IMG/VR virus record: IMGVR_UViG_3300028571_000037
Location: 1-54,681 of that record
From: a virus
Lineage: Duplodnaviria > Caudoviricetes
Strand: one strand, 5' to 3'
Length of the DNA: 54,681 bases
The position numbers were made by a program, and so were the translations under genes. Below are positions 9,828-19,472 of the stretch, in pieces. Position 1 is the stretch's first letter. The number at the start of each line of letters is the position of its first letter. The notes beneath the pieces are model-generated. The model saw nothing but the letters and a program-made list of their open reading frames with translations, did no database searches and had not been told where the DNA came from.

Positions 9828-10049
9828 TTAAAAAAACAAACTTTGAGTTTTGTTATCTAACGACCTTTGAAACGATTCTTTGATTATTTCGTGGTGAAGG
9901 TAATCTTGATCTTCAAGACCTGTTGTGTTGCTATGTTTTGCCAATAGATTTTCGAATAACCTTTTTGTACTTTGAATGTGGTGATCATTGGTACAAGAGT
10001 TCAGAACTGAGAGTACCCATAAAAATTCTTTTGATAAATTATCTTCCAT
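9828..10049 (-). CDS. Hypothetical protein
   Basis: ORF from MEDNLSK, TATATTTG promoter upstream. Confidence 0.65.
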   Translation of the reverse strand: MEDNLSKEFLWVLSVLNSCTNDHHIQSTKRLFENLLAKHSNTTGLEDQDYLHHEIIKESFQRSLDNKTQSLFF

Positions 10050-10107
10050 AAGACAAATATAGGTCAATCATACTACAAATATCGGTCAATATTGTAAAAT
10101 GTTAATA

Positions 10108-10950
10108 TTATGACAATAATTTATAGTACTCTTTGAAATGCATTATTCTGTCTTTCAAACCAATCACACCACCGTTTACTCTTTTAGTAACAGCCGTTAC
10201 GGTAATATCATCAGATCCTTTATCGGCAATCAAGTTTAGTCCATTCTTAGAAAAAAACCATCCGGCAGATGCTAAAGCATAGTGTGTTGCCACCAAATCG
10301 GGATTTTTCACGGTATCCTCACCGATTGCCTTCGCAAATGCGGTATAATTTGCTTTACCAGTCAACTGAATATATCCACGACCTCTAAAGATGTATCCTT
10401 CTTTTGTTGATTCATCACCATTACCCATTCTACCGCCATAAACTTTTGAAGCGATCTTTTCAGGATTTCTTGCATAAGATTCGGATAAATTGCCAGGAAA
10501 ATATTTTGGAAATATTTTTTTCAAACCATCAGCAGAGTAATTTAAGTTTTCTTGAACCGCCTTGAAGTTTCCTGATTCATGTCCACATTGTGCTAAAAAA
10601 TGTGCCAACCGAAGTGGTGTATTAATTTGAAACTTTTCCATTACCGTTGGAATTTGGGAAATGACCGCATCGGGAATATGACCCTTGAGTTTTGACAAAT
10701 CGATATTACCTCCCTTAGTAATTACCTTATCTTCTGATATCGTTTCTTTAGCTACAATCGCTCCGCCGATTACACCAAGTTTTGTTAATGTTGCAGTTCC
10801 AGCAATTCCATCGGCAACTAAATTGTTTTTTACTTGCCATTCTCTTAGTTTGGTTTCAGTTCCAGCTCCGAATATACCATCAGATGTAAGTCCTAATTTT
10901 GCTTGAAGTTTTTTTACATCCTCTCCTTTGGATCCTTTTTTTAGTATCAT
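10108..10950 (-). CDS. Endolysin: peptidoglycan-binding domain plus GH19 catalytic domain
   Basis: LKKGSKGEDVKKLQ...DGIFG...DGIAG; RLAHFLAQCGHESG, ENLNYS, FRGRGYIQLTGK, RVNGG. Confidence 0.95.
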   Translation of the reverse strand: MILKKGSKGEDVKKLQAKLGLTSDGIFGAGTETKLREWQVKNNLVADGIAGTATLTKLGVIGGAIVAKETISEDKVITKGGNIDLSKLKGHIPDAVISQIPTVMEKFQINTPLRLAHFLAQCGHESGNFKAVQENLNYSADGLKKIFPKYFPGNLSESYARNPEKIASKVYGGRMGNGDESTKEGYIFRGRGYIQLTGKANYTAFAKAIGEDTVKNPDLVATHYALASAGWFFSKNGLNLIADKGSDDITVTAVTKRVNGGVIGLKDRIMHFKEYYKLLS

Positions 10951-10978
10951 GGTTATTATTTTTTTTTATAAATATTAT

Positions 10979-12169
10979 TTAAAATTGAATTCTACCCGAA
11001 TAACCCGGAACAATAAGATAAAAATTTTGTGTTCCACCTCGTAAAAGGTTTCCTGTTGTTATTGATGACAATCCAGGATATAAGGGACGAACGTTCGTTG
11101 TTGAATTTAATATGGACGTAAATTCAGTCGGAGTAAAATAGGATGATCTTGATATAGACCATGAATTAATCAATCCTGATTTTAATCCCAACAAAAGATA
11201 TTGATCAGATACGTTTATTCTACCATCATTATTTAAATCAAATCGATGAAATGTCAAACCGTTAGTTGAAACTAAACCGAATATAATATCTGAAACTCTT
11301 TTACCATCATTATTAGATAATTGTTGAGTTGGGGTAGGTGCGGTTACTTTTACTCTGAATTGAAAATTATTAATGTCTAATCCTGTTGATAGAAATTGAT
11401 ATCTTCCTTGTGAGTCCGTGTTTACCGAACGATTTAGAACAAAATCATTTGAGACAACCGATGGTGAAAATCTGTATTTTTGGGGTGTACTTATAGACCA
11501 CACACTCGCGTTTTTACCACCTACAGGAACAACTTTACTACCGTCAATATTTGTAAGACCTAATGTTGCTCCATTTGCACCACATTGAGGTTTGGTTTGA
11601 AAGTTTATATCAATAACATTTGTTGTCTCGTTTAAAACAATTTGGAACGTATGAAGGTTGGATCTACACCCATAATGTGGTACGTTATTGAAATTGAATA
11701 CAAGTACCCTGTTTGGTGCAGACCCTGTGGTGTAATAATTCATATTACCTGTATTCGGTAACAAATCTTCCCAATCTGCTAAAATAGTATTTTTCGGAGC
11801 ACCACCATTTGGTAAAAATTGTGCGGTATATCCGTTGGTCTGACCCGCAGAAAATCCAATCCAACCATTTGAACTCACATAAAACTGAGTGTAGTTGTTT
11901 CCAAAATAATTGAATGAGAAACCAATATTATAGGGACCCTGAACACAATCGTCACAACCTGTTAGTGAAGATCCACCTGTATAATTGTAATTTGAATATG
12001 TTGGTTGGGTAATATCATAATTTGATACTGATATGGTGTGAAGTTCAACAGGTATATTGGCAATACCCGTCTGATCAGCATCATACACATAACCTGAGAA
12101 CGTAAATTCTTGAGCATGAACAACACCGAACAAAAAGAATGATATTACTATCAACAATCTTTTCATCAC
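10979..12169 (-). CDS. Secreted protein with beta-rich domain and dockerin-like Ca-binding module
   Basis: Signal peptide (VVHA-QE); IGFSFNYFGNNYTQFYVSSNGWIGF motif; FDLNNDGRINVSD; C-half paralogous to the middle of 15485-17374. Confidence 0.75.
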   Translation of the reverse strand: MMKRLLIVISFFLFGVVHAQEFTFSGYVYDADQTGIANIPVELHTISVSNYDITQPTYSNYNYTGGSSLTGCDDCVQGPYNIGFSFNYFGNNYTQFYVSSNGWIGFSAGQTNGYTAQFLPNGGAPKNTILADWEDLLPNTGNMNYYTTGSAPNRVLVFNFNNVPHYGCRSNLHTFQIVLNETTNVIDINFQTKPQCGANGATLGLTNIDGSKVVPVGGKNASVWSISTPQKYRFSPSVVSNDFVLNRSVNTDSQGRYQFLSTGLDINNFQFRVKVTAPTPTQQLSNNDGKRVSDIIFGLVSTNGLTFHRFDLNNDGRINVSDQYLLLGLKSGLINSWSISRSSYFTPTEFTSILNSTTNVRPLYPGLSSITTGNLLRGGTQNFYLIVPGYSGRIQF

Positions 12170-12618
12170 ATTTTTGAAATACTAACTTCTAACGCTTTTT
12201 TTACCGCCGCTGCAAATGTAGATTTTTCAAACGGTAAGTTTTCATCTTTGAGTTCAGCAAAACTCGCCTTTACGGATAACTTAGCAGATCCCTCACCTGA
12301 ATATTCTACACCGTCTTTTACAACAATAACTTTCACAATCGTATTTTTCTTTTTGATCATAAAAGGTCCAATGTTTATACCCACAGTTGGTGACTCAATT
12401 GATGTAATTGCAACATTCACGGGTAAACCATCTTCACAGATAGAATACTTTTCTCCCATCAACTCCTCAGTCAATTGTTTGAGACCAAATACAAATTTCT
12501 TTGATGATAGATCTGGATTTTCTGTTAGGTTATCTACTTTGGAAACCGAATAACAATTTTGTGAATATAACACTGATGTTGACATCAACACCGATAAAAT
12601 AAAGAATAATTTTTTCAT
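12166..12618 (-). CDS. Small secreted protein, CsgG/TolB_N-like fold suspected
   Basis: Signal peptide; GEGSA...FEKSTFAAAVKKALE parallels GQGRA...FNKSTVGVSTKKALE of the CsgG-like gene. Confidence 0.6.
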   Translation of the reverse strand: MKKLFFILSVLMSTSVLYSQNCYSVSKVDNLTENPDLSSKKFVFGLKQLTEELMGEKYSICEDGLPVNVAITSIESPTVGINIGPFMIKKKNTIVKVIVVKDGVEYSGEGSAKLSVKASFAELKDENLPFEKSTFAAAVKKALEVSISKM

Positions 12619-14081
12619 AGTAATATTTTTCCTCCTGTTAATATCTGATAGTTTAGAATACTACCTTTTACTTGATAAGTACCACTAATACTTATGTTGT
12701 ACTTGAACGATTTAGAGATGGTGTAATCCCATGAACTAAACGGAACAATAAGAAGTCCCGAGTCCCACCACTTCCCATCGTAAAACTTAGTGAAGGGAGA
12801 ATACACACCCAAAAGTAATATATTACCAGATATTTTTTTGTTTGCGGTAAATGGAATAAAACCACCACCCACAGCAGATAAGTTTGTAAAAGGTTTTCCA
12901 GCTAATCCCCCGATAGTGAAATTCAATCCTCCCATAAGATTTACTTTACCAAATCTTTTTGAGTCCATAACCGTAGTGGTGTTGAAAATATTTCTTTTGA
13001 AATCCACCATAGATGAGTTGGCGAAGATCAATGTATTGGTTTTTGATCTGTTACTTCGTGCTCCGTAAATAGTTAGATTGGTATTGTTGATACTTGTTGT
13101 AAAGTTCAAAAGAAGACCCTTAGCAAACGTATTGTTAGTGTTTGACTTGGTCATTGACATAGTACCTTTGAATTGATTAGAACCATCCTCATTGCTTCTG
13201 AGAACAACTAAGTCGCCAGTCCCTATCAAAGATCCAACTTTTACACGTGATCCACCTTTACTACTTGATGATGAAGAAACATTACTGATTGATGCTGTGG
13301 TTCCACCTTGTCCTCCACCTGATGTTTCGTTTTGTTTTGTAGTACCACTATTTGTACCCGATTGGGTATTACTACCCCCACCTTGACCTGTATTCGTACC
13401 CGATTGGGTACTATTTCCTGTATTTGAAGAAGGAGGATTAGTTACAGGCTGCTTAGTCTGTCCACTTCCCCCTTGAGAAACATTACCTGATTCGTTAGGT
13501 GTTCCTCCTTCTTGATTACTTCCTTCGCTAGTTGAAGGATTATTAGATTCGTTTCCTCCTTGTTGAGATCCTCCACTCTGAGACGTTGAACCATTTGATG
13601 AATTTCCTTGAGAATTATTACTCGTTCCATTGGTAGTTGTGTTTTGTTGATTATTCGTAGAGTTTCTATTTCTACGAGGTCCATTACTCGATGATGATGT
13701 TGCATTTGAAACCGAGGTTGACAACGTATTAGTTGACATGGACGATGCGGCTGTAATTGACGTAAGTGTCGATATGATATTTTGTGTAATTATTTGGTTC
13801 TGTCCCGTCTGTGTTGCGGTCAATAATTCATCACAAGGTTGATTGGTTGATTGTTGTGATACTGTGTTTACCCAGTTTTCAAAAACACCATTTTGAAAAT
13901 CTGATTGAGAAAAAGTACCTAAAAATCCCAAATAGTTGATAGTTACACTTTGTCCTGATGAAATAAAAATAGTTTTAACGGTTTTGGAACAAGGGTCCAC
14001 ATAAGAATATGTGAACCCCTGCTGACCAAAAACTGAAGTTGTTATAAAAAATAATATTATTAAGAATATTATTTTATTCAT
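12615..14081 (-). CDS. Secreted protein: N-domain, S/G/N/Q/T low-complexity linker, C-terminal beta-barrel-like domain
   Basis: Start moved to MNKIIFLII (signal peptide); about 170-aa low-complexity tract; alternating beta-strand pattern ending ILTGGKILL. Confidence 0.7.
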   Translation of the reverse strand: MNKIIFLIILFFITTSVFGQQGFTYSYVDPCSKTVKTIFISSGQSVTINYLGFLGTFSQSDFQNGVFENWVNTVSQQSTNQPCDELLTATQTGQNQIITQNIISTLTSITAASSMSTNTLSTSVSNATSSSSNGPRRNRNSTNNQQNTTTNGTSNNSQGNSSNGSTSQSGGSQQGGNESNNPSTSEGSNQEGGTPNESGNVSQGGSGQTKQPVTNPPSSNTGNSTQSGTNTGQGGGSNTQSGTNSGTTKQNETSGGGQGGTTASISNVSSSSSSKGGSRVKVGSLIGTGDLVVLRSNEDGSNQFKGTMSMTKSNTNNTFAKGLLLNFTTSINNTNLTIYGARSNRSKTNTLIFANSSMVDFKRNIFNTTTVMDSKRFGKVNLMGGLNFTIGGLAGKPFTNLSAVGGGFIPFTANKKISGNILLLGVYSPFTKFYDGKWWDSGLLIVPFSSWDYTISKSFKYNISISGTYQVKGSILNYQILTGGKILL

Positions 14082-14352
14082 AAGTCTCTTCATCATTTTT
14101 TTTACCATGTTTTGCAGTAATAAACTTGTCCACGGACGCGATTCCAAATGAACCTAAAGTTATCACCATAAATCCATCGAAAATAAATTCATTTATTGGC
14201 ATTTCTTGTCCGTGGAATCCTGTCCAAATATCGACACCTAGACATACTACCATCATTATAAATGCGCCAAAACCAACAACAGATTTTTCATTAATATCAT
14301 TGTCGTCCATAAACATTCTCTTTAAAAAATTTGGATTTTCTTTCTTTTTCAT
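14074..14352 (-). CDS. Small two-TM membrane protein
   Basis: Two hydrophobic helices; layout resembles 7233-7493. Confidence 0.7.
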   Translation of the reverse strand: MKKKENPNFLKRMFMDDNDINEKSVVGFGAFIMMVVCLGVDIWTGFHGQEMPINEFIFDGFMVITLGSFGIASVDKFITAKHGKKNDEETYE

Positions 14353-14438
14353 TTTATTTTTATTTTATTTTTTGTTATGGTATAGTTACCTTTTTTCCTC
14401 ACAAGATGAGAGGAGTATAGATAGATTTATCTATGTTT

Positions 14439-15167
14439 TTAACTTCTTAATTTACCTTTTTTTATGAGTTTTTCCACCACTCTTACGGATGCGGTTTCTA
14501 AAGCCTTTTTTGTTGATACCCCTACGGTCGATTTATTGAAAGTTGGTCCTTCAATATCTCCTAAAGTTGTTGAGGTTTTTGTTGTGATAGCACGTCCCTG
14601 ACCTGAACCAGTGATGACCTCACCACTTTCAGCATCTACAAATCTAATTTGTAATCCCAATTGGGTTACTTGTTTGATTGTGACACCTGAGGTTTCTACA
14701 ACTTCATCTTCACCAACTGAAAAATCATAGACTTCTATGTAAACAAAATATTCAGCCAATTTAATTTTACCTTTTCCATCAACTTTGTTTTCGGTAAAAC
14801 CTTTATTGGACGCTTTGAATTGTTGTACCATTCTTTCTTTGATTTCTAACTTGTCTTCGGTAAAAACAAAACGACTAGTCTCTTCCAAATATTCCAAAAC
14901 AATATTGGTTACACCCATACCAACACGAGCGTCTTTTAGTTCAGGATACATTTCGTAAACCTCATCACTGATTCCGATTTTTAGAATTTGAATTGGTACT
15001 TGGATGGTATCTTCGTATGGTGGTAATGATTCAAGGGATTTCTTTTTCTCAAAGTTTGCCGTGTATTCCTCCGTCTTCACCGTTCCGATTTGTTGGGCGA
15101 AAACTTGGGTTGAAACCAAACATATTGTTAGAAAAAATAATTTACCAAGGTGCGTCTTCACTCTCAC
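14439..15167 (-). CDS. CsgG/HfaB-family protein
   Basis: Signal peptide; GMGVTNIVLEYLEETSRF, GKIKLAEYFVYIEVYDF, LQIRFVDAESGEVI match the CsgG-family pattern. Confidence 0.8.
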   Translation of the reverse strand: MRVKTHLGKLFFLTICLVSTQVFAQQIGTVKTEEYTANFEKKKSLESLPPYEDTIQVPIQILKIGISDEVYEMYPELKDARVGMGVTNIVLEYLEETSRFVFTEDKLEIKERMVQQFKASNKGFTENKVDGKGKIKLAEYFVYIEVYDFSVGEDEVVETSGVTIKQVTQLGLQIRFVDAESGEVITGSGQGRAITTKTSTTLGDIEGPTFNKSTVGVSTKKALETASVRVVEKLIKKGKLRS

Positions 15168-15459
15168 TTTTTTCTTCTTTTACAGGTTTTTCCACAATTG
15201 TTTTTTCTTTGATGACTGTTTGACCACCACCTTGATTTGAATTTGTTGATGAGTTATCAACATTTAAGATAATCGGTGCGGGTGCTTGTGTTTGTTGAGC
15301 AGGTGCTACTTCTTCAGTTTTCTCCTCCTCTTCAACACCAAAGATTTCGTTAAATTGAGTTGTGATGTAAGCACCAGCTGCTGTAGCAATTGTGGTTACA
15401 AGACCAATGACCGTTTTCTTGATCGTTGACATTCCACCTTCTTGAGATTCTTCTGACAT
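15142..15459 (-). CDS. Small single-TM protein
   Basis: KKTVIGLVTTIATAAGAYI helix, acidic/Gln-rich tail; overlaps the CsgG start. Confidence 0.75.
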   Translation of the reverse strand: MSEESQEGGMSTIKKTVIGLVTTIATAAGAYITTQFNEIFGVEEEEKTEEVAPAQQTQAPAPIILNVDNSSTNSNQGGGQTVIKEKTIVEKPVKEEKSESEDAPW

Positions 15460-15484
15460 AATTTTGATTTTTATTTTATTGGGT

Positions 15485-17374
15485 TTATTTGACTTTCAGA
15501 ATTTTTTTTCTGAAAAGTTTCTTTTCATTCTGTAAAACAGCTAAGTATTCACCAGTTGGTAGATATCCTAAATCGAATGTTCTTGTGTATTCACCGATGT
15601 CGTACTTGCCGTTCAATATATCAATTTGTAATCTACCATTTAAATCATAGATCCCTAAAGTAACATTACCTGGTTCAAAAATTTTGAACTTCAAAGTAGT
15701 TTCACCTTCTGTTGGATTTGGGAAAAGTACCATATCATTATATTCAAAATTACCATCGGTTTTGAAGATTTGTAAGATTCCGTCTGTTGGTGTAATTTTT
15801 AAGTCTTTTGATGAACGATTTCCAGCAAATTTACGAGTGACATATAGAGGTGATTTGTTCCAATTGACTTGAGTTGATTTAGCACGGAAAACTAATGTAA
15901 AAAATATCTCACCATCTTGTATCAAATTTTGATTGTTTGACGGATCATATCCTCCCCACTCAACAACATTGTCATTTGGGTTAATATATGAGACCCAGTT
16001 CCCTGGTTTTTGTTCGTTTACAAGTTCTACAAATTCTAACAAATCAGAGTCGTATTTCATAGCAACTTGGAGAGACCCAAGTTCTACCATTCCCGTTTTT
16101 AATTTTACAGGAATATTCACCAAGTCACCTTCATTTACCGCCAAGGTAGGAAAGTTTACTTCAATTGTCTCCAAGTCCATATCGTAATGAGTTGTTACAT
16201 CTATGATACGTTGGTTAGCGTTGTTTGGGTTCACAATTTCAATCGGAATCATACGAGCCATTTTGAAACCAGTACCATTAGCATCACCAGGTGAAGCTAC
16301 ATAATATGTAACTGAGTCCGGTTCATTACTACCAATTAACTTTGTGAAGTTTGTTTGACCAGGTATAGTACTCCTCAAGTTTGAAGTCGAACCATTAATT
16401 GTGTTATATTCTGTTTGACTAAAGAACAATACGTCGGATACTGAATTGACCCAAGATGTAAATCTTCCTGACACTCTAGCAAAAATCGAATAAACATCCG
16501 ACACAGAAATGGAGTTGTCACCGTTTACATCAGAAGTGTAGAAATCAAAACCTGAGGGTTGATTTACACCCAAGATAAATTTATTTACTTGTTGAGCATC
16601 TGTAGTTGTTACGATATTTCCATATCCCAAAGTATCACCCTTCACGTTGATTCTAACGTTCCATGCTGAAGTATCAACACTTACATTAGTAAAGTCCCAT
16701 CTTCCATCAACACCCGAAGTCGATGTTGCCACCGAAGACCAAGAAGATGAATTTTTTAGTGACTTTTCCAATACTACGGGAATATTTTTAGCTCCCAAAC
16801 CTGTTACATTTAAGAAACGACCTTTATAGGTAAACGTTTGTGGTAAAAATGCCCCACCAAAATTTTCTAATCCGAGTGTGTAATCATTACCTAATTGCGA
16901 AGTTGCTAGTTGTGTAAATGATGATCCACCCACAAAAGTCATTGAAGTTGGGTTCAGATACGTAGTTGACAAGGTTGAGTTATGATTGAGTGTTAGAGTA
17001 AACATCGATCCATTTGGTAAAGTAAAGTTTGGATCTGTACCCGTATAGGTCATTGTAATTGTTACATACCCCGCGGTGGGGTTATCCCTATATTGTAGAT
17101 AATTCGAGAAGTTTGTGTTTGACACAATAATTGAATCAACACCCGAAAATGCTGTTTGATCATAAAAAACCCTGAACTGTGTTGCCGTTACTTTATCTGT
17201 GGTGCTATTGTAGTAACATAATCCTATGTTAGTTTTACCATCAGAGTAAGAACCTAATTGATAAGTTTGGTCTAGTGTGATAAATGCACCTGAGTTTGTG
17301 GGTGTTGGACATGTTTGAGCCCGTGTAGTCAAGAATAAAAGAAACATTCCGACAGTCAAAATAACTTTTTTCAT
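15485..17374 (-). CDS. Cohesin- and dockerin-like protein with T9SS C-terminal sorting domain
   Basis: Signal peptide; cohesin-like QFRVFYD and GDLVNIPVKL...SLQVAMKYDSDLLEF; dockerin-like SDVNGDNSISVSD; CTD LFPNPT...IYDLNGR...LPTGEYL...KKILKVK. Confidence 0.85.
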   Translation of the reverse strand: MKKVILTVGMFLLFLTTRAQTCPTPTNSGAFITLDQTYQLGSYSDGKTNIGLCYYNSTTDKVTATQFRVFYDQTAFSGVDSIIVSNTNFSNYLQYRDNPTAGYVTITMTYTGTDPNFTLPNGSMFTLTLNHNSTLSTTYLNPTSMTFVGGSSFTQLATSQLGNDYTLGLENFGGAFLPQTFTYKGRFLNVTGLGAKNIPVVLEKSLKNSSSWSSVATSTSGVDGRWDFTNVSVDTSAWNVRINVKGDTLGYGNIVTTTDAQQVNKFILGVNQPSGFDFYTSDVNGDNSISVSDVYSIFARVSGRFTSWVNSVSDVLFFSQTEYNTINGSTSNLRSTIPGQTNFTKLIGSNEPDSVTYYVASPGDANGTGFKMARMIPIEIVNPNNANQRIIDVTTHYDMDLETIEVNFPTLAVNEGDLVNIPVKLKTGMVELGSLQVAMKYDSDLLEFVELVNEQKPGNWVSYINPNDNVVEWGGYDPSNNQNLIQDGEIFFTLVFRAKSTQVNWNKSPLYVTRKFAGNRSSKDLKITPTDGILQIFKTDGNFEYNDMVLFPNPTEGETTLKFKIFEPGNVTLGIYDLNGRLQIDILNGKYDIGEYTRTFDLGYLPTGEYLAVLQNEKKLFRKKILKVK

Positions 17375-17401
17375 TTTTTAAAATATTTTATAGATATAAA
17401 T

Positions 17402-17863
17402 ATGAAGAATTTTCTTGTTTTCTGTTTTTTTTTAGTACCATTATTTACTTTTGGACAAATTAGAGTATTGGATGTTGGTAACGGATGGAATGTTAAGGTT
17501 TGGTCCGCACTAGAAGTTATTAAAAAAACTGATTTAGAGAAGTATGATAGAGTGATTATTCATTGTAAGGAAATTGGATTCTGGAATGGAAACTTTTCTA
17601 CGATAGAGGATGGAAATAAAATTATACTGTCAAAAACAGAACTCGATTATGGTTCAATAAATAATATTGCTTGTACTATAGTTCACGAATCGCGTCATCT
17701 TATGTTGGAAAAATCACAAACCAAGTGGGATAAGGATTTCGAAGAATTTATGTGTTATGATTATGAGTTAAATTTTGCTATGAAGATCGATAATATAGAA
17801 AAATGGTTAATTGAACATATTATAGATACACGAAACAAATACGCGAAAATAATTAGTCTGTGA
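17402..17863 (+). CDS. Secreted putative zinc metallopeptidase
   Basis: Signal peptide, IVHESRH (HExxH), downstream EE; divergent from the cohesin operon. Confidence 0.65.
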   Translation: MKNFLVFCFFLVPLFTFGQIRVLDVGNGWNVKVWSALEVIKKTDLEKYDRVIIHCKEIGFWNGNFSTIEDGNKIILSKTELDYGSINNIACTIVHESRHLMLEKSQTKWDKDFEEFMCYDYELNFAMKIDNIEKWLIEHIIDTRNKYAKIISL

Positions 17864-17922
17864 CCATAAAAATGTAAGATTATAAAAACATTAACTATTT
17901 ATAAAAAATATCACAACACCAT

Positions 17923-18531
17923 ATGAAAGAGTTTATAAAATATATCTTGAAAGAAAATCTACCAAAAACAGGTATGATCCTGAAAGAAGGTGTTGAGACT
18001 TCACAGGGATTACAATATATGGTGGAAAATGGTTTGACATTGACCGACAATATCTACCGTCCCTACTCTGATGAGTATTTCAATCTTATAAACGAAACAA
18101 GGGATTTACATCAAAAAGGTTTGGTGAGTATATGTGAGGATGATAAGTGGTTCTTAGAAACAAATGTTGGTGAAACAGCGATCTTCGAAGGAGATATAGT
18201 ATGGTTAGACATTCCACACGAAATAGATGACGAGGTTTTAGTAGAGGCTGAATATCGTGGTAAAAAGGTAAAATTAAGTTCACCATTCAGAACATCGGGT
18301 GGTCCAAAGAAATTCGGTGTATATGTGAAAAATGATAAGGGTAATGTAATTAAGGTTAGCTTTGGAGATCCTAATATGAGAGTGAGAAATAACGACCCCG
18401 CTGCGAGAAAAAGTTTTAGAGCACGTCACAAGTGTGATCAGAAAAAAGATAAGACAAAAGCAGGTTATTGGTCATGTAATGTTGCCAGATACAGAAAACA
18501 ATTGGGAATAAAATCTTCATCTCCTTGGTAA
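17923..18531 (+). CDS. Phage protein with basic C-terminal domain
   Basis: ILKE leader; KKFGVYVK...SFGDP...SFRARHKC...AGYWSC motif familiar from large phages; TATTTAT at 17896. Confidence 0.75.
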   Translation: MKEFIKYILKENLPKTGMILKEGVETSQGLQYMVENGLTLTDNIYRPYSDEYFNLINETRDLHQKGLVSICEDDKWFLETNVGETAIFEGDIVWLDIPHEIDDEVLVEAEYRGKKVKLSSPFRTSGGPKKFGVYVKNDKGNVIKVSFGDPNMRVRNNDPAARKSFRARHKCDQKKDKTKAGYWSCNVARYRKQLGIKSSSPW

Positions 18532-18548
18532 TTGGTCTATAATTGATT

Positions 18549-18815
18549 ATGGATTTACCATTCTCACAAGAAAATATCGATGGAAAAATTTTGAGGACAT
18601 TTTCATCAGATGTTGATGATGAAGAACTCAAATGGCACTTTGACCTATGTGATCGAAAAGTAAAAGTGATCGAAGGTACAAATTGGGAATTACAGTTCGA
18701 TAATCAACTTCCTGAAAAACTTATCCCTAATAAAGATTTTTTTATCCCCAAAGGAATTTATCATAGAGTTATAAAAGGAGAAGGTGATTTAGTTGTATTG
18801 ATCCAAGAATTTTAG
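18549..18815 (+). CDS. Cupin-fold protein
   Basis: WHFD and FIPKGIYHRVIKG cupin motifs. Confidence 0.75.
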   Translation: MDLPFSQENIDGKILRTFSSDVDDEELKWHFDLCDRKVKVIEGTNWELQFDNQLPEKLIPNKDFFIPKGIYHRVIKGEGDLVVLIQEF

Positions 18816-19393
18816 TTATTCATTAAATATTTTTTATAATCACTATATGTTGGTTTTTCGTTTGCAAAATAGTACTTGTATGTATTACCTTTATGGGTAA
18901 TTGTTTTGGTAAAACCTGTGGGAACCAAAGCTCCTGTCATCAACTCGGGTTGTTTGGAATCAAAATGTACATCAATTCTTACCTTTACATCACCTGTCTT
19001 AGACAACTCCCTTTCGTGTGCCTCTAAAAATCTCCAAGTCCCACGGTTCAAATACTGATTCTGAAGAGCACAATTTAAGTAAGTGAAAGTTGTATATAAC
19101 ATTTCTTTGGTACAATTGAAGGCCGCTGCTGGTGCCAAGTGACCCTTGTCCCAAACATTATTTTCATAGTCCTTATTGTCTGAGGTCCAAATTTTAGTAT
19201 CCTTATAAAAATCCATACCCTCCCTTGATGCAGTCCCGTTGGGACATTTTATGTAATACTCCAACCATAATGGTTGTTCGTAAACCTCAGAATATTCACC
19301 CTTAAATATTGTTGTCTCAAACGGTACCCTTTCTCTTGTTTGACCAAAAAGTAAAACAGGTAACAGTAATAATAAAAAAATCATCTTTCTCAT
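18812..19393 (-). CDS. Secreted DNA/RNA non-specific endonuclease (NucA/EndA type)
   Basis: Signal peptide; DKGHLAPAA, N-x3-Q-x3-LNRGTWRFLE. Confidence 0.92.
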   Translation of the reverse strand: MRKMIFLLLLLPVLLFGQTRERVPFETTIFKGEYSEVYEQPLWLEYYIKCPNGTASREGMDFYKDTKIWTSDNKDYENNVWDKGHLAPAAAFNCTKEMLYTTFTYLNCALQNQYLNRGTWRFLEAHERELSKTGDVKVRIDVHFDSKQPELMTGALVPTGFTKTITHKGNTYKYYFANEKPTYSDYKKYLMNN

Positions 19394-19472
19394 CTTTATT
19401 AAATATAACTAATAATCCTTAATTTTTCCTTGAAAAAATTGTAGAACCAATTAGAATCAGTATATTTGTTTT

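Noticed and set aside
10979-17374. Host chromosomal contamination
   Set aside because: Base composition and gene packing look like the flanks and the block runs straight into the phage endolysin; only read mapping can exclude it fully
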